Positions 45,607-55,627 of a DNA stretch of 64,000 bases are shown one piece after another (position 1 is the first letter of the stretch; each line of letters starts with the position of its first letter). A program made the translations under genes and the position numbers. Under the pieces are notes generated by a model that was not told the origin of the DNA, made no database searches, and saw only the letters and a program-made list of their open reading frames with translations. The DNA is taken from the NCBI GenBank assembly GCA_028826165.1, contig JAPDFW010000125.1, forward strand, positions 744,001 through 808,000, read 5' to 3'. This DNA is from Anaeramoeba ignava BMAN. Its lineage: Eukaryota; Protista; Anaeramoebae.

Positions 45607-45839
45607 TTTTGAAATGAAAAAAATGAAAAATGAAAAAAATGATTTTGGAATTTTAATTTCAAATTTAATTTTGATTTTTAATTTTAATTTTAATTTTGAT
45701 TTTGATTTTGATTTGGATTTTAATTTAATTTTAATTTTGATTTTGATTTTAATTTTAATTTTGATTTGAATTTTAATTTTTAATTTTAATTTTGATTTTG
45801 ATTTTGATTTTGATTTTGATTTTGATTTTGATTTTGATT

Positions 45840-47600
45840 TTAATTTTGATTTTGATTTTTAAATTTGTTAATTAATAAATCAAATAAATTTGGATTTGTT
45901 TGATTTAATTGAAAATAATCAATTCCAATTTTAATTTCATCAATAATTTCTTGTGTAATTTGGATATCATCTTTGATTTGATTTAAATAAATCCAATATT
46001 CAAATATTTGAAATGATTTATTACTTAATTCACTATAATCTGTAACTTTATTAGAAGTATCTTCAGTTACAGATAAAAACATTCCTCGATATAATTCACT
46101 TCTCATTATTAATATTAATTTGGGAAATTTATATTTCTTTTCTTTTCTTTCAATAATAAAATCTTTTTCATTTTCATTTTCATTTAAATAAATTCTTTTC
46201 ATTGTTTCTTCAATTTTTTCATTTGAATTTATAATTTCTTTAATTTCAGGATATAATTTTGGATTTATTATTCTGTTTGAATAAATCATTTCAAATATTT
46301 GATTTGATTCTTTAATTGATTTATTTGAAATAATTTCTTTAAGTTTTTCAATTTGATTTTCATTTTGATTTAATCTATATTTCAATATTAATTTATGAGC
46401 TTTAATTATTTCTCCATTTTTGGTTTTAAATGAAATATTACAAAATTCTTTTCTTTCAAATAATTTTATCAAATCTTCTTCAAGATTGGAAAAAGAAGGA
46501 AGAGAATAATAAATAAATGAATTGTGATTCCCACAATAAATATGATAATTAGAAATATTTTCATTAAATCTTAATTTAGGAAGTTCAATTTGGATTGGAA
46601 TTTCTTGAAAAAAATATATATCTTCAGTTCCTAATTCACCAGAATAATTACTTCCAAATACTATTAATTTTGATTTGGAAGTTAAAATCAAATTATGAAA
46701 ATTTCCAACAGAAAAATCAAGAATATTATCATTTTTAAATAAAGATGATTTGATTTCAGTAAATTCATAAGTATCTTCTTCATATTTGCCAAGTCCATTA
46801 GATTGGTAGTTTCCACATGAATAAAATTTTCTTTTTGGATTTTGATTTTCATCTTCATCTTCAATCAACATTATTGAATGATAAATTCCACATTGAATAT
46901 CAATTATTTTGCCTTTTGGAATATTTTGGATTTGTGTTAATTTTTGGATTTTTGATTCTTTTAATTTTCCTAATCCAAGTTGACCATATAAATTATTTCC
47001 GCATCCAAATAATTCTTGATTTGAATTTAAAAGAAAAACATGCTTTGAAGAATTTCCTGAAAATATTTTAGAAACATTTTTCATCATTAAAATTGGTTTT
47101 TTTGTTTTTTTAAGTGTTTTGGAATCAAAACCAAGTTGACTATATTCATTTGAACCAATTCCATAAGCATTTTGATTTGAAGTTAATAAGTAAATTGAAT
47201 TATTTCCAGAAACAATATCTTGAATTATTCTATCATTTGTATCTTCAATTAATGATGAAATATTGATAAATTTATTTGGATTATTTGAATTAATATCATA
47301 TCCTTTGGCAAATACATTTCCTTCTATTGTTAAAATAGCTTCATTTCCATCACCAACAGTTACTTTTTGAATATTTTCTTCAATTTGGATTTTTTTAGAA
47401 TTTTGATTTGAATATTCTATTGCTTTTCCATTTTTAAAAAGGAAAATTGTTACAAAATAACCTGATGAAATTTGTTTAATTTGTTTTTCATTTTCATTTT
47501 CATTTTCAAATTTAAATTGAATTGGTTTTGTTATTATTTCTGTTTCATTTTTGAAAAGTTTTGGATAATGATTTAAACCAAAAAATAAACAATCATTCAT
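45840..47600 (-). CDS. RCC1-repeat / double BTB-POZ protein
   Basis: 586 aa; family architecture. Confidence 0.92.
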   Translation of the reverse strand: MNDCLFFGLNHYPKLFKNETEIITKPIQFKFENENENEKQIKQISSGYFVTIFLFKNGKAIEYSNQNSKKIQIEENIQKVTVGDGNEAILTIEGNVFAKGYDINSNNPNKFINISSLIEDTNDRIIQDIVSGNNSIYLLTSNQNAYGIGSNEYSQLGFDSKTLKKTKKPILMMKNVSKIFSGNSSKHVFLLNSNQELFGCGNNLYGQLGLGKLKESKIQKLTQIQNIPKGKIIDIQCGIYHSIMLIEDEDENQNPKRKFYSCGNYQSNGLGKYEEDTYEFTEIKSSLFKNDNILDFSVGNFHNLILTSKSKLIVFGSNYSGELGTEDIYFFQEIPIQIELPKLRFNENISNYHIYCGNHNSFIYYSLPSFSNLEEDLIKLFERKEFCNISFKTKNGEIIKAHKLILKYRLNQNENQIEKLKEIISNKSIKESNQIFEMIYSNRIINPKLYPEIKEIINSNEKIEETMKRIYLNENENEKDFIIERKEKKYKFPKLILIMRSELYRGMFLSVTEDTSNKVTDYSELSNKSFQIFEYWIYLNQIKDDIQITQEIIDEIKIGIDYFQLNQTNPNLFDLLINKFKNQNQN

Positions 47601-47986
47601 TTTTGAAATGAAAAAAAATGAAAAAATGAAAAAAATGAAAAATGAAATTTTTAATTTTAATTTGATTTTGATTTTAATTTTAATTTTAATTTTAAATTTT
47701 GATTTTAATTTTGATTTTAATTTTAATTTTAATTTTAATTTTAATTTTAATTTTAATTTTTAATTTTAATTTTAATTTTGATTTTAATTTTAATTTAAAT
47801 TTAATTTTAATTTTAATTTTAAATTTTAATTTTAATTTTGATTTTAATTTTAATTTTTAATTTTAATTTTAAATTTTAATTTTAATTTTAATTTGAATTT
47901 TAATTTGAATTTTAATTTTGATTTTAATTTTGATTTTGATTTTAATTATTAAATTTTAATTTTAATTTTAATTTTAAATTTTAATT

Positions 47987-49750
47987 TTAAATTTTGTTAA
48001 TTAATAAATCAAATAAATTTGGATTTGTTTCATTTAATTGAAAATAATCAATTCCAATTTGAATTTCATTAATAATTTCTTGTGTAATTTGAATTCCTTT
48101 TTTAATTTGATTTGAATAAATCCAATATTCAAATATTTCAAATGATTTATTACTTAATTCACTATAATCTGTAACTTTATTTGATTTATCTTCAGTTACA
48201 GATAAAAACATTCCTCGATATAATTCACTTCTCATTATTAATATTAATTTGGGAAATTTATATTGTTTTTCTTTTCTTTCAATTATAAAATCTTTTTCAT
48301 TTTCATTTTCATTTAAATAAATTCTTTTAATTGTTTCTTCAATTTTTTCATTGGAATTTATAATTTCTTTAATTTCAGAATATAATTTTGGATTTATTAT
48401 TCTGTTTGAATAAATCATTTCAAATATTTGATTTGATTCTTTAATTGATTTTTTTGAAATAATTTCTTTAAGTTTTTCAATTTGATTTTGATTTTGATTT
48501 AATCTATATTTCAATATTAATTTATGAGCTTTGATTATTTCTCCATTTTCTGTTTTAAATGAAATATCACAAAATTCTTTTCTTTCAAATAATTTTATCA
48601 AATCTTCTTCAAGATTGGAAAAAGAAAGAGAAGAATAATAAAGAAATGAATTGTAATATCCACAAGAAATATGATAATTGGAAATATCTTTATTAAATCT
48701 TAATTTAGGAAGTTCAATTTGAATTGGAATTAATTGTTCATTTGTATTTCCATTTCCTAATTCACCATAAAAATTACCTCCAAATACTATCATCTTTTCA
48801 TTGGAAGTTAAAATCAAAGTATGAAATATCCCACAAGAAATTTCTCGAATATAATTATCATCATTTTCAAATAAAGATGATTTGATTTCAGTAAATTCAT
48901 AAGTATGTTTATATTTGTCAAGTCCATTAAATCGATAATTTCCACATGAATAAAGTTTTCTTTTTGGATTTTGATTTTGATTTTGATTTTCAATCAACAT
49001 TACTGAATGAACATATCCACATTGAATATCAATTATTTCACCTTTTGGAATATTTTGGATTTGAGTTAATTTTTGGATTTTTCTTTCTTCTTTTCTTGAT
49101 TCTCCTAATCCAAGTTGACCTTGTTCATTATCACCACATCCAAATAATTCTTGATTTGAATTTAAAAGAAAAACATGATTTGAAACAATTCCTGAAAATA
49201 TTTTAGAAGCATTTTTCATCATTAAAATTGGTTTTTCTGTTTTTTTAAGTGTTTGAAAATCATAACCAAGTTGACCATCTTGATTTGAACCAATTCCGTA
49301 AACATTTTGATTTGAAGTTAATAAGTAAATTGAATTTCTTCCAGAAACAATATCTTCAATTATTCTATCGTTTGTATCTTCAATTAATGATGAAATATTG
49401 ATAAATTCATTTGAATTTTCTGGATTAATATTTCTTCCTTTGGCAAATACATTTCCTTCTATTGTTAAAATAGCTTCATTTTGCCAACCAACAGTTACTT
49501 TTTGAATATTTTCTTTAATTTGAATTTTTGAAGGATTTTTATTTGAATCTTTTGAATATTCTATTGCTTTTCCATTTTTAAAAAGGAAAATTGTTGAATA
49601 ATAACTTGATGAAATTTGTTTAATTTGTTTTTCATTTTCATTTTCATTTTCATTTTCAAATTTAAATTGAATTGGTTTTGTTATCTTAGTTGGTTTATTT
49701 TTGAAAAGGATTGGATTTTGATTTGAACCAAAAAATAAACAATCATTCAT
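47987..49750 (-). CDS. RCC1-repeat / double BTB-POZ protein
   Basis: 587 aa; family architecture. Confidence 0.92.
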   Translation of the reverse strand: MNDCLFFGSNQNPILFKNKPTKITKPIQFKFENENENENEKQIKQISSSYYSTIFLFKNGKAIEYSKDSNKNPSKIQIKENIQKVTVGWQNEAILTIEGNVFAKGRNINPENSNEFINISSLIEDTNDRIIEDIVSGRNSIYLLTSNQNVYGIGSNQDGQLGYDFQTLKKTEKPILMMKNASKIFSGIVSNHVFLLNSNQELFGCGDNEQGQLGLGESRKEERKIQKLTQIQNIPKGEIIDIQCGYVHSVMLIENQNQNQNPKRKLYSCGNYRFNGLDKYKHTYEFTEIKSSLFENDDNYIREISCGIFHTLILTSNEKMIVFGGNFYGELGNGNTNEQLIPIQIELPKLRFNKDISNYHISCGYYNSFLYYSSLSFSNLEEDLIKLFERKEFCDISFKTENGEIIKAHKLILKYRLNQNQNQIEKLKEIISKKSIKESNQIFEMIYSNRIINPKLYSEIKEIINSNEKIEETIKRIYLNENENEKDFIIERKEKQYKFPKLILIMRSELYRGMFLSVTEDKSNKVTDYSELSNKSFEIFEYWIYSNQIKKGIQITQEIINEIQIGIDYFQLNETNPNLFDLLINKI

Positions 49751-49824
49751 TTTTGAAATGAAAAAAAATGAAAAATGAAAAATGAAAAATAAAAAAAAAT
49801 TTAATTTTAATTTTAATTTTAATT

Positions 49825-51627
49825 TTAATTTTGATTTTGATTATTAAATTTGTTAATTAATAAATCAAATAAATTTGGATTTGTTTGATTTAATTGAAAA
49901 TAATCAATTCCAATTTGAATTTCATCAATGATTTCTTGTGTAATTTGGATATCATCTTTGATTTGATTTAAATAAATCCAATATTCAAATATTTGAAATG
50001 ATTTATTACTTAATTCACTATAATCTGTAACTTTATTTGATTTATCTTCAGTTACAGATAAAAACATTCCTCGATATAATTCACTTCTCATTATTAATAT
50101 TAATTTTGGAAATTTATATTTCTTTTCTTTTCTTTCAATTATAAAATCATTTTCATTTTCATTTTCATTTAAATAAATTCTTTTCATTGTTTCTTCTATT
50201 TTTTCATTTGAATTTATAATTTCTTTAATTTCATAATATAATTTTGGATTTATTTTAGAATTGTTTGAATAAATCATTTCAAATATTTGATTTGATTCTT
50301 TAATTGATTTTTTTGAAATAATTTCTTGAAGTTTTTCAATTTGATTTTCATTTTGATCTAATCTATATTTCAATATTAATTTATGAGCTTTGATTATTTC
50401 TCCATTTTTGGTTTTAAATGAAATATCACAAAATTCTTTTCTTTCAAATAATTTTATCAAATCTTCTTCAAGATTGGAAAAAGAAGGATGAGAATAATAA
50501 AGAAAAGATCTCCGATATCCACAAAGAACATGATAATTGGAAATATCTTCATTAAATCTTAATTTAGGAAGTTCAATTTGAATTGGAATTAATTGTTCAT
50601 TTGTATTTCCATTTCCTAATTCACCATAAAAATTACCTCCAAATACTATCATCTTTTCATTGGAAGTTAAAATCAAAGTATGAAATATCCCACAAGAAAT
50701 TTCTCGAATATAATCATCTTCTTCAAATAAAGATGATTTGATTTCAGTAAATTCATTAATATGTTTATATTTGCCAAGTCCATTAAATCGATAATTTCCA
50801 CATGAATAAAGTTTTCTTTTTAGATTTTGATTTTGATTTTCATTTTCAATTAACATTATTGAATGAACATATCCACATTGAATATCAATTATTTCACCTT
50901 TTGGAATATTTTGGATTTGGGTTAATTTTTGGATTTTTATTTCTCCTTTTCTTGATTCTCCTAATCCAAGTTGACCTTGTTCATTATCACCACATCCAAA
51001 TAATTCTTGATTTGAATTTAAAAGAAAAACATGAATTGAAACAATTCCTGAAAATATTTTAGAAACATTTTTCATCATTAAAATTGGTTTTTCTGTTTTT
51101 GGAAGTGTTTCAGAATCAAATCCAAGTTGACCATCTTGATTTGAACCAATTCCATAAGCATTTTGATTTGAAGTTAATAAGTAAATTGAATTTCTTCCAG
51201 AAACAATATCTTGAATTATTCTATCATTTGTATCTTCAATTAATGATGAAATATTGATAAATTCATTTGGATTATTTGGATTAATATCTTTTCCTTTGGC
51301 AAATACATTTCCTTCTTTTGTTAAAATAGCTTCATTCTGCCAACCAACAGTTACTTTTTGAATATTTTCAATTTGAATTTTTGAAGGATTTTGATTTGAA
51401 TTATTTTTACTTAAATATTCTATTGCTTTTCCATTTTTAAAAAGGAAAATTGTTGAATAATAACTTGTTGAAATTTGTTTAATTTGTTTTTCATTTTCAT
51501 TTTCATTTTCATTTTCATTTTCATTTTCATTTTCAAATTTAAATTGAATCGGTTTTGTTATTTTAGTTGGCTTATTTTTGAAAAGGATTGGATTTTGATT
51601 TGAACCAAAAAATAAACAATCATTCAT
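49825..51627 (-). CDS. RCC1-repeat / double BTB-POZ protein
   Basis: 600 aa; family architecture. Confidence 0.92.
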   Translation of the reverse strand: MNDCLFFGSNQNPILFKNKPTKITKPIQFKFENENENENENENENEKQIKQISTSYYSTIFLFKNGKAIEYLSKNNSNQNPSKIQIENIQKVTVGWQNEAILTKEGNVFAKGKDINPNNPNEFINISSLIEDTNDRIIQDIVSGRNSIYLLTSNQNAYGIGSNQDGQLGFDSETLPKTEKPILMMKNVSKIFSGIVSIHVFLLNSNQELFGCGDNEQGQLGLGESRKGEIKIQKLTQIQNIPKGEIIDIQCGYVHSIMLIENENQNQNLKRKLYSCGNYRFNGLGKYKHINEFTEIKSSLFEEDDYIREISCGIFHTLILTSNEKMIVFGGNFYGELGNGNTNEQLIPIQIELPKLRFNEDISNYHVLCGYRRSFLYYSHPSFSNLEEDLIKLFERKEFCDISFKTKNGEIIKAHKLILKYRLDQNENQIEKLQEIISKKSIKESNQIFEMIYSNNSKINPKLYYEIKEIINSNEKIEETMKRIYLNENENENDFIIERKEKKYKFPKLILIMRSELYRGMFLSVTEDKSNKVTDYSELSNKSFQIFEYWIYLNQIKDDIQITQEIIDEIQIGIDYFQLNQTNPNLFDLLINKFNNQNQN

Positions 51628-51914
51628 TTTTGAAATGAAAAAAATGAAAAATGAAAAAATGAAAAATGAAATTTTTAATTTTAATTTTGATTTTAATTTA
51701 AATTTAATTTTGATTTTAATTTAAATTTAATTTTGATTTTAATTTTAATTTTAATTTTAATTTTAATTTTAATTTTATTTTTGATTTTAATTTTTGATTT
51801 TAATTTTAATTTTAAATTTTGATTTTAATTTTAATTTTAATTTTGATTTTGATTTTAATTTTAATTTTGATTTTAATTTTAATTTTAATTTTAATTTTAA
51901 TTTTAATTTTGATT

Positions 51915-53687
51915 TTAATTTTGGTTATTAAATTTGTTAATTAATAAATCAAATAAATTTGGATTTGTTTGATTTAATTGAAAATAATCAATTCCTATTT
52001 TAATTTCATCAATTATTTGTTGTGTAATTTCAATTCCTTCTTTAATTTGATTTGAATAAATCCAATATTCAAATATTTGAAATGATTTATTACTTAATTC
52101 ACTATAATCTGTAACTTTATTAGAAGTATCTTCTGTTACAGATAAAAACATTCCTCGATATAATTCACTTCTCATTATTAATATTAATTTTGGAAATTTA
52201 TATTTCTTTTCTTTTCTTTCAATTATAAAATCTTTTTCATTTTCATTTAAATAAATTCTTTTCATTGTTTCTTCTATTTTTTCATTGGAATTTATAATTT
52301 CTTTAATTTCTAAATATAATTTTGGATTTATTTTGGAATTGTTTGAATAAATCATTTCAAATATTTGATTTGATTCTTTAATTGATTTTTTTGAAATAAT
52401 TTCTTTAAGTTTTTCAATTTGATTTTCATTTTGATCTAATCTATATTTCAATATTAATTTATGAGCTTTGATTATTTCTCCATTTTTGGTTTTAAATGAA
52501 ATATCACAAAATTCTTTTCTTTCAAATAATTTTATCAAATCTTCTTCAAGATTGGAAAAAGAAGGATGAGAATAATAAAGAAAAGATCTCCGATATCCAC
52601 AAAGAACATGATAATTAGAAATATCTTCATTAAATCTTAATTTAGGAAGTTCAATTTGAATTGGAATTGATTGTTCATTTGTATATCCAGTTCCTAATTG
52701 ACCGAAATTATTATTTCCAAATCCTATTAATTTCTCTTTGGAAGTTAAAATCAAAGTATGAATATTTCCAACAGAAAAATCAAGAATATTATCATCATTT
52801 TCAAATAAAGATGATTTGATTTCAGTAAATTCATTAGTATGTTTATATTTGTCAAGTCCATTAAATCGATAATTTCCACATGAATAAAGTTTTCTTTTTG
52901 GATTTTGATTTTGATTTTCAATAAACATTATTGAATGAGAAGTTCCACATTGAATATCAATTATTTCACCTTTTGGAATATTTTGTATTTTGGTTAATTT
53001 TTGGATTTTTGTTTCTTGTTTTCTTGATTCTCCTAATCCAAGTTGAGCATATTCATTATATCCGCATCCAAATAATTCTTGATTTGAATTTAAAAGAAAA
53101 ACATGCTTTGAATCAATTCCTGAAAATATTTTAGAAACATTTTTCATAATTAAAATTGGCTTTTCTGTTTCATTAAGTGTTTTAGAATATAAACCAAGTT
53201 GACCAAGTTCATTTGAACCAATTCCATAAACATTTTGATTTGAAGTTAATAAGTAAATTGAATTTTCTCCAGAAACAATATCTTGAATTATTCTATCATT
53301 TGTATCTTCAATTAATGATGAAATATTGATAAATTCATTTGGATTATCTGGATCAATATCTTTTCCTTTGGCAAATACATTTCCTTCTTTTGTTAAAATA
53401 GCTTCGTTTTGATAACCAACAGTTACTTTTTGAATATTTTCTTCAATTTGGATTTTTGAAGGATTTTGATTTGAATCTTTTAGGTATTCTATTGCTTTTC
53501 CATTTTTAAAAAGGAAAATTGTTGAAAAAAAACTTGATGAAATTTGTTTAATTTGTTTTTCATTTTCATTTTCATTTTCATTTTCATTTTCAAATTTAAA
53601 TTGAATTGGTTTTTTTATTATTATATTTGTTTCATTTTTGATAAGAATTGGGTATTTATTATAACCAAAAAATAAAATTTCATTCAT
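51915..53687 (-). CDS. RCC1-repeat / double BTB-POZ protein
   Basis: 590 aa; family architecture. Confidence 0.92.
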   Translation of the reverse strand: MNEILFFGYNKYPILIKNETNIIIKKPIQFKFENENENENENEKQIKQISSSFFSTIFLFKNGKAIEYLKDSNQNPSKIQIEENIQKVTVGYQNEAILTKEGNVFAKGKDIDPDNPNEFINISSLIEDTNDRIIQDIVSGENSIYLLTSNQNVYGIGSNELGQLGLYSKTLNETEKPILIMKNVSKIFSGIDSKHVFLLNSNQELFGCGYNEYAQLGLGESRKQETKIQKLTKIQNIPKGEIIDIQCGTSHSIMFIENQNQNPKRKLYSCGNYRFNGLDKYKHTNEFTEIKSSLFENDDNILDFSVGNIHTLILTSKEKLIGFGNNNFGQLGTGYTNEQSIPIQIELPKLRFNEDISNYHVLCGYRRSFLYYSHPSFSNLEEDLIKLFERKEFCDISFKTKNGEIIKAHKLILKYRLDQNENQIEKLKEIISKKSIKESNQIFEMIYSNNSKINPKLYLEIKEIINSNEKIEETMKRIYLNENEKDFIIERKEKKYKFPKLILIMRSELYRGMFLSVTEDTSNKVTDYSELSNKSFQIFEYWIYSNQIKEGIEITQQIIDEIKIGIDYFQLNQTNPNLFDLLINKFNNQN

Positions 53688-53817
53688 TTTTGAAAAGAAA
53701 AAAATGAAAAATGAAAAATGAAAAAAAAATTTGATTTTAATTTTTAATTTTAATTTTAATTTTAATTTTAATTTTAATTTTTGATTTTAATTTTAATTTT
53801 AAATTTTAATTTTGATT

Positions 53818-55551
53818 TTAATTATTAAATTTGTTAATTAATAAATCAAATAAATTTGGATTTGTTTGATTTAATTGAAAATAATCAATTCCAATTTTAA
53901 TTTCATCAATAATTTCTTGTGTAATTTGGATATCATCCTTAATTTGATTTGAATAAATCCAATATTCAAATATTTGAAATGATTTATTACTTAATTCACT
54001 ATAATCTGTAACTTTATTAGATTTATCTTCAGTTACAGATAAAAACATTCCTCGATATAATTCACTTCTCATTATTAATATTAATTTAGGAAATTTATAT
54101 TGTTTTTCTTTTCTTTCAATAATAAAATCTTTTTCATTTTCATTTAAATAAATTCTTTTCATTGTTTCTTCTATTTTTTCATTTGAATTTATAATTTCTT
54201 TAATTTCTGAATATAATTTTGGATTTATTATTCTTTTTGAATAAATCATTTCAAATATTTGATTTGATTCTTTAATTGATTTATTTGAAATAATTTCTTT
54301 AAGTTTTTCAATTTCATTTTGATTTTGATTTTGATTTAATCTATATTTCAATATTAATTTATGAGCTTTGATTATTTCTCCATTTTCTGTTTTAAATGAA
54401 ATATTACAAAATTCTTTTCTTTTAAATAATTTTATCAAATCTTCTTCAAGATTGGAAAAAGAAAGAGGAGAATAATAAAAAAATGATTTGGAATTCCCAC
54501 AAGAAATATGATAATTTGAAATATTTTCATTAAATCTTAATTTAGGAAGTTCAATTTGAATTGGAATTGTTTGATATTCTGTATCTCCAGTTCCTAATTC
54601 ACCATAAAAATTACTGCTAAATCCAATCAATTTCCCTTTGGAAGTTAAAATCAAAGTATGGCCATTTCCAACAGAAATTTCAAGAATATTATCATCATTT
54701 TCAAATAAAGATGATTTGATTTCAGTAAATTCATTAGTATGTTTATTTTTGTCAAGTCCATTGAATTGATAATCGCCACATGAATAAAGTTTTCTTTTTG
54801 GATTTTGATTTTGATTTTCATCTTCAATCAACATTATTGAATGATTAAATCCGCATTGAATATCAATTATTTCACCTTTTGGAATATTTTGGATTTTGGT
54901 TAATTTTTGGATTTTTATTTCTCCTTTTCTTGATTCTCCTAATCCAAGTTGACTATATTCATTATCACCACATCCAAATAGTTCTTGATTTGAATCTAAA
55001 AGAAAAACATGATTTGAAGAATTTCCTGAAAATATTTTAGAAACATTTTTCATCATTAAAATTGGTTTTTTTGTTTCATTAAGTGTTTTAGAATCAAAAC
55101 CAAGTTGACCAAAAAAATTATCACCAATTCCATAAGCATTTTGATTTGAAGTTAATAAGTAAATTGAATCAGCAGAACAAACAATATCTTCAATTATTCT
55201 ATCATTTTTATCTTCAATTAATGATGAAATATTGATAAATTCTTTTGGGTTAATATCATAACCTTTGGCAAATACATTTCCTTCTATTGTTAAAATAGCT
55301 TCATTTTCATAACCAACAGTTACTTTTTGGATATTTTCTTCAATTTGGATTTTTGAAGGATTTTGATTTGAATATTCTATTGCTTTTCCATTTTTAAAAA
55401 GGAAAATTGTTGAAAAACTTGATGAAATTTGTTTAATTTGTTTTTCATTTTCATTTTCAAATTTAAATTGAATTGGTTTTGTTATTTTATCTGGTTCATT
55501 TTTGATAAGAATTGGGTTTCGATTTAAACCAAAAAATAAACAATCATTCAT
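53818..55551 (-). CDS. RCC1-repeat / double BTB-POZ protein
   Basis: 577 aa; family architecture. Confidence 0.92.
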   Translation of the reverse strand: MNDCLFFGLNRNPILIKNEPDKITKPIQFKFENENEKQIKQISSSFSTIFLFKNGKAIEYSNQNPSKIQIEENIQKVTVGYENEAILTIEGNVFAKGYDINPKEFINISSLIEDKNDRIIEDIVCSADSIYLLTSNQNAYGIGDNFFGQLGFDSKTLNETKKPILMMKNVSKIFSGNSSNHVFLLDSNQELFGCGDNEYSQLGLGESRKGEIKIQKLTKIQNIPKGEIIDIQCGFNHSIMLIEDENQNQNPKRKLYSCGDYQFNGLDKNKHTNEFTEIKSSLFENDDNILEISVGNGHTLILTSKGKLIGFSSNFYGELGTGDTEYQTIPIQIELPKLRFNENISNYHISCGNSKSFFYYSPLSFSNLEEDLIKLFKRKEFCNISFKTENGEIIKAHKLILKYRLNQNQNQNEIEKLKEIISNKSIKESNQIFEMIYSKRIINPKLYSEIKEIINSNEKIEETMKRIYLNENEKDFIIERKEKQYKFPKLILIMRSELYRGMFLSVTEDKSNKVTDYSELSNKSFQIFEYWIYSNQIKDDIQITQEIIDEIKIGIDYFQLNQTNPNLFDLLINKFNN

Positions 55552-55627
55552 TTTTAAAAATGAAAAAAAATGAAAAAATGAAAAAAAAATTTTTTTTTTA
55601 ATTTTAATTTTAATTTTGATTTTAATT

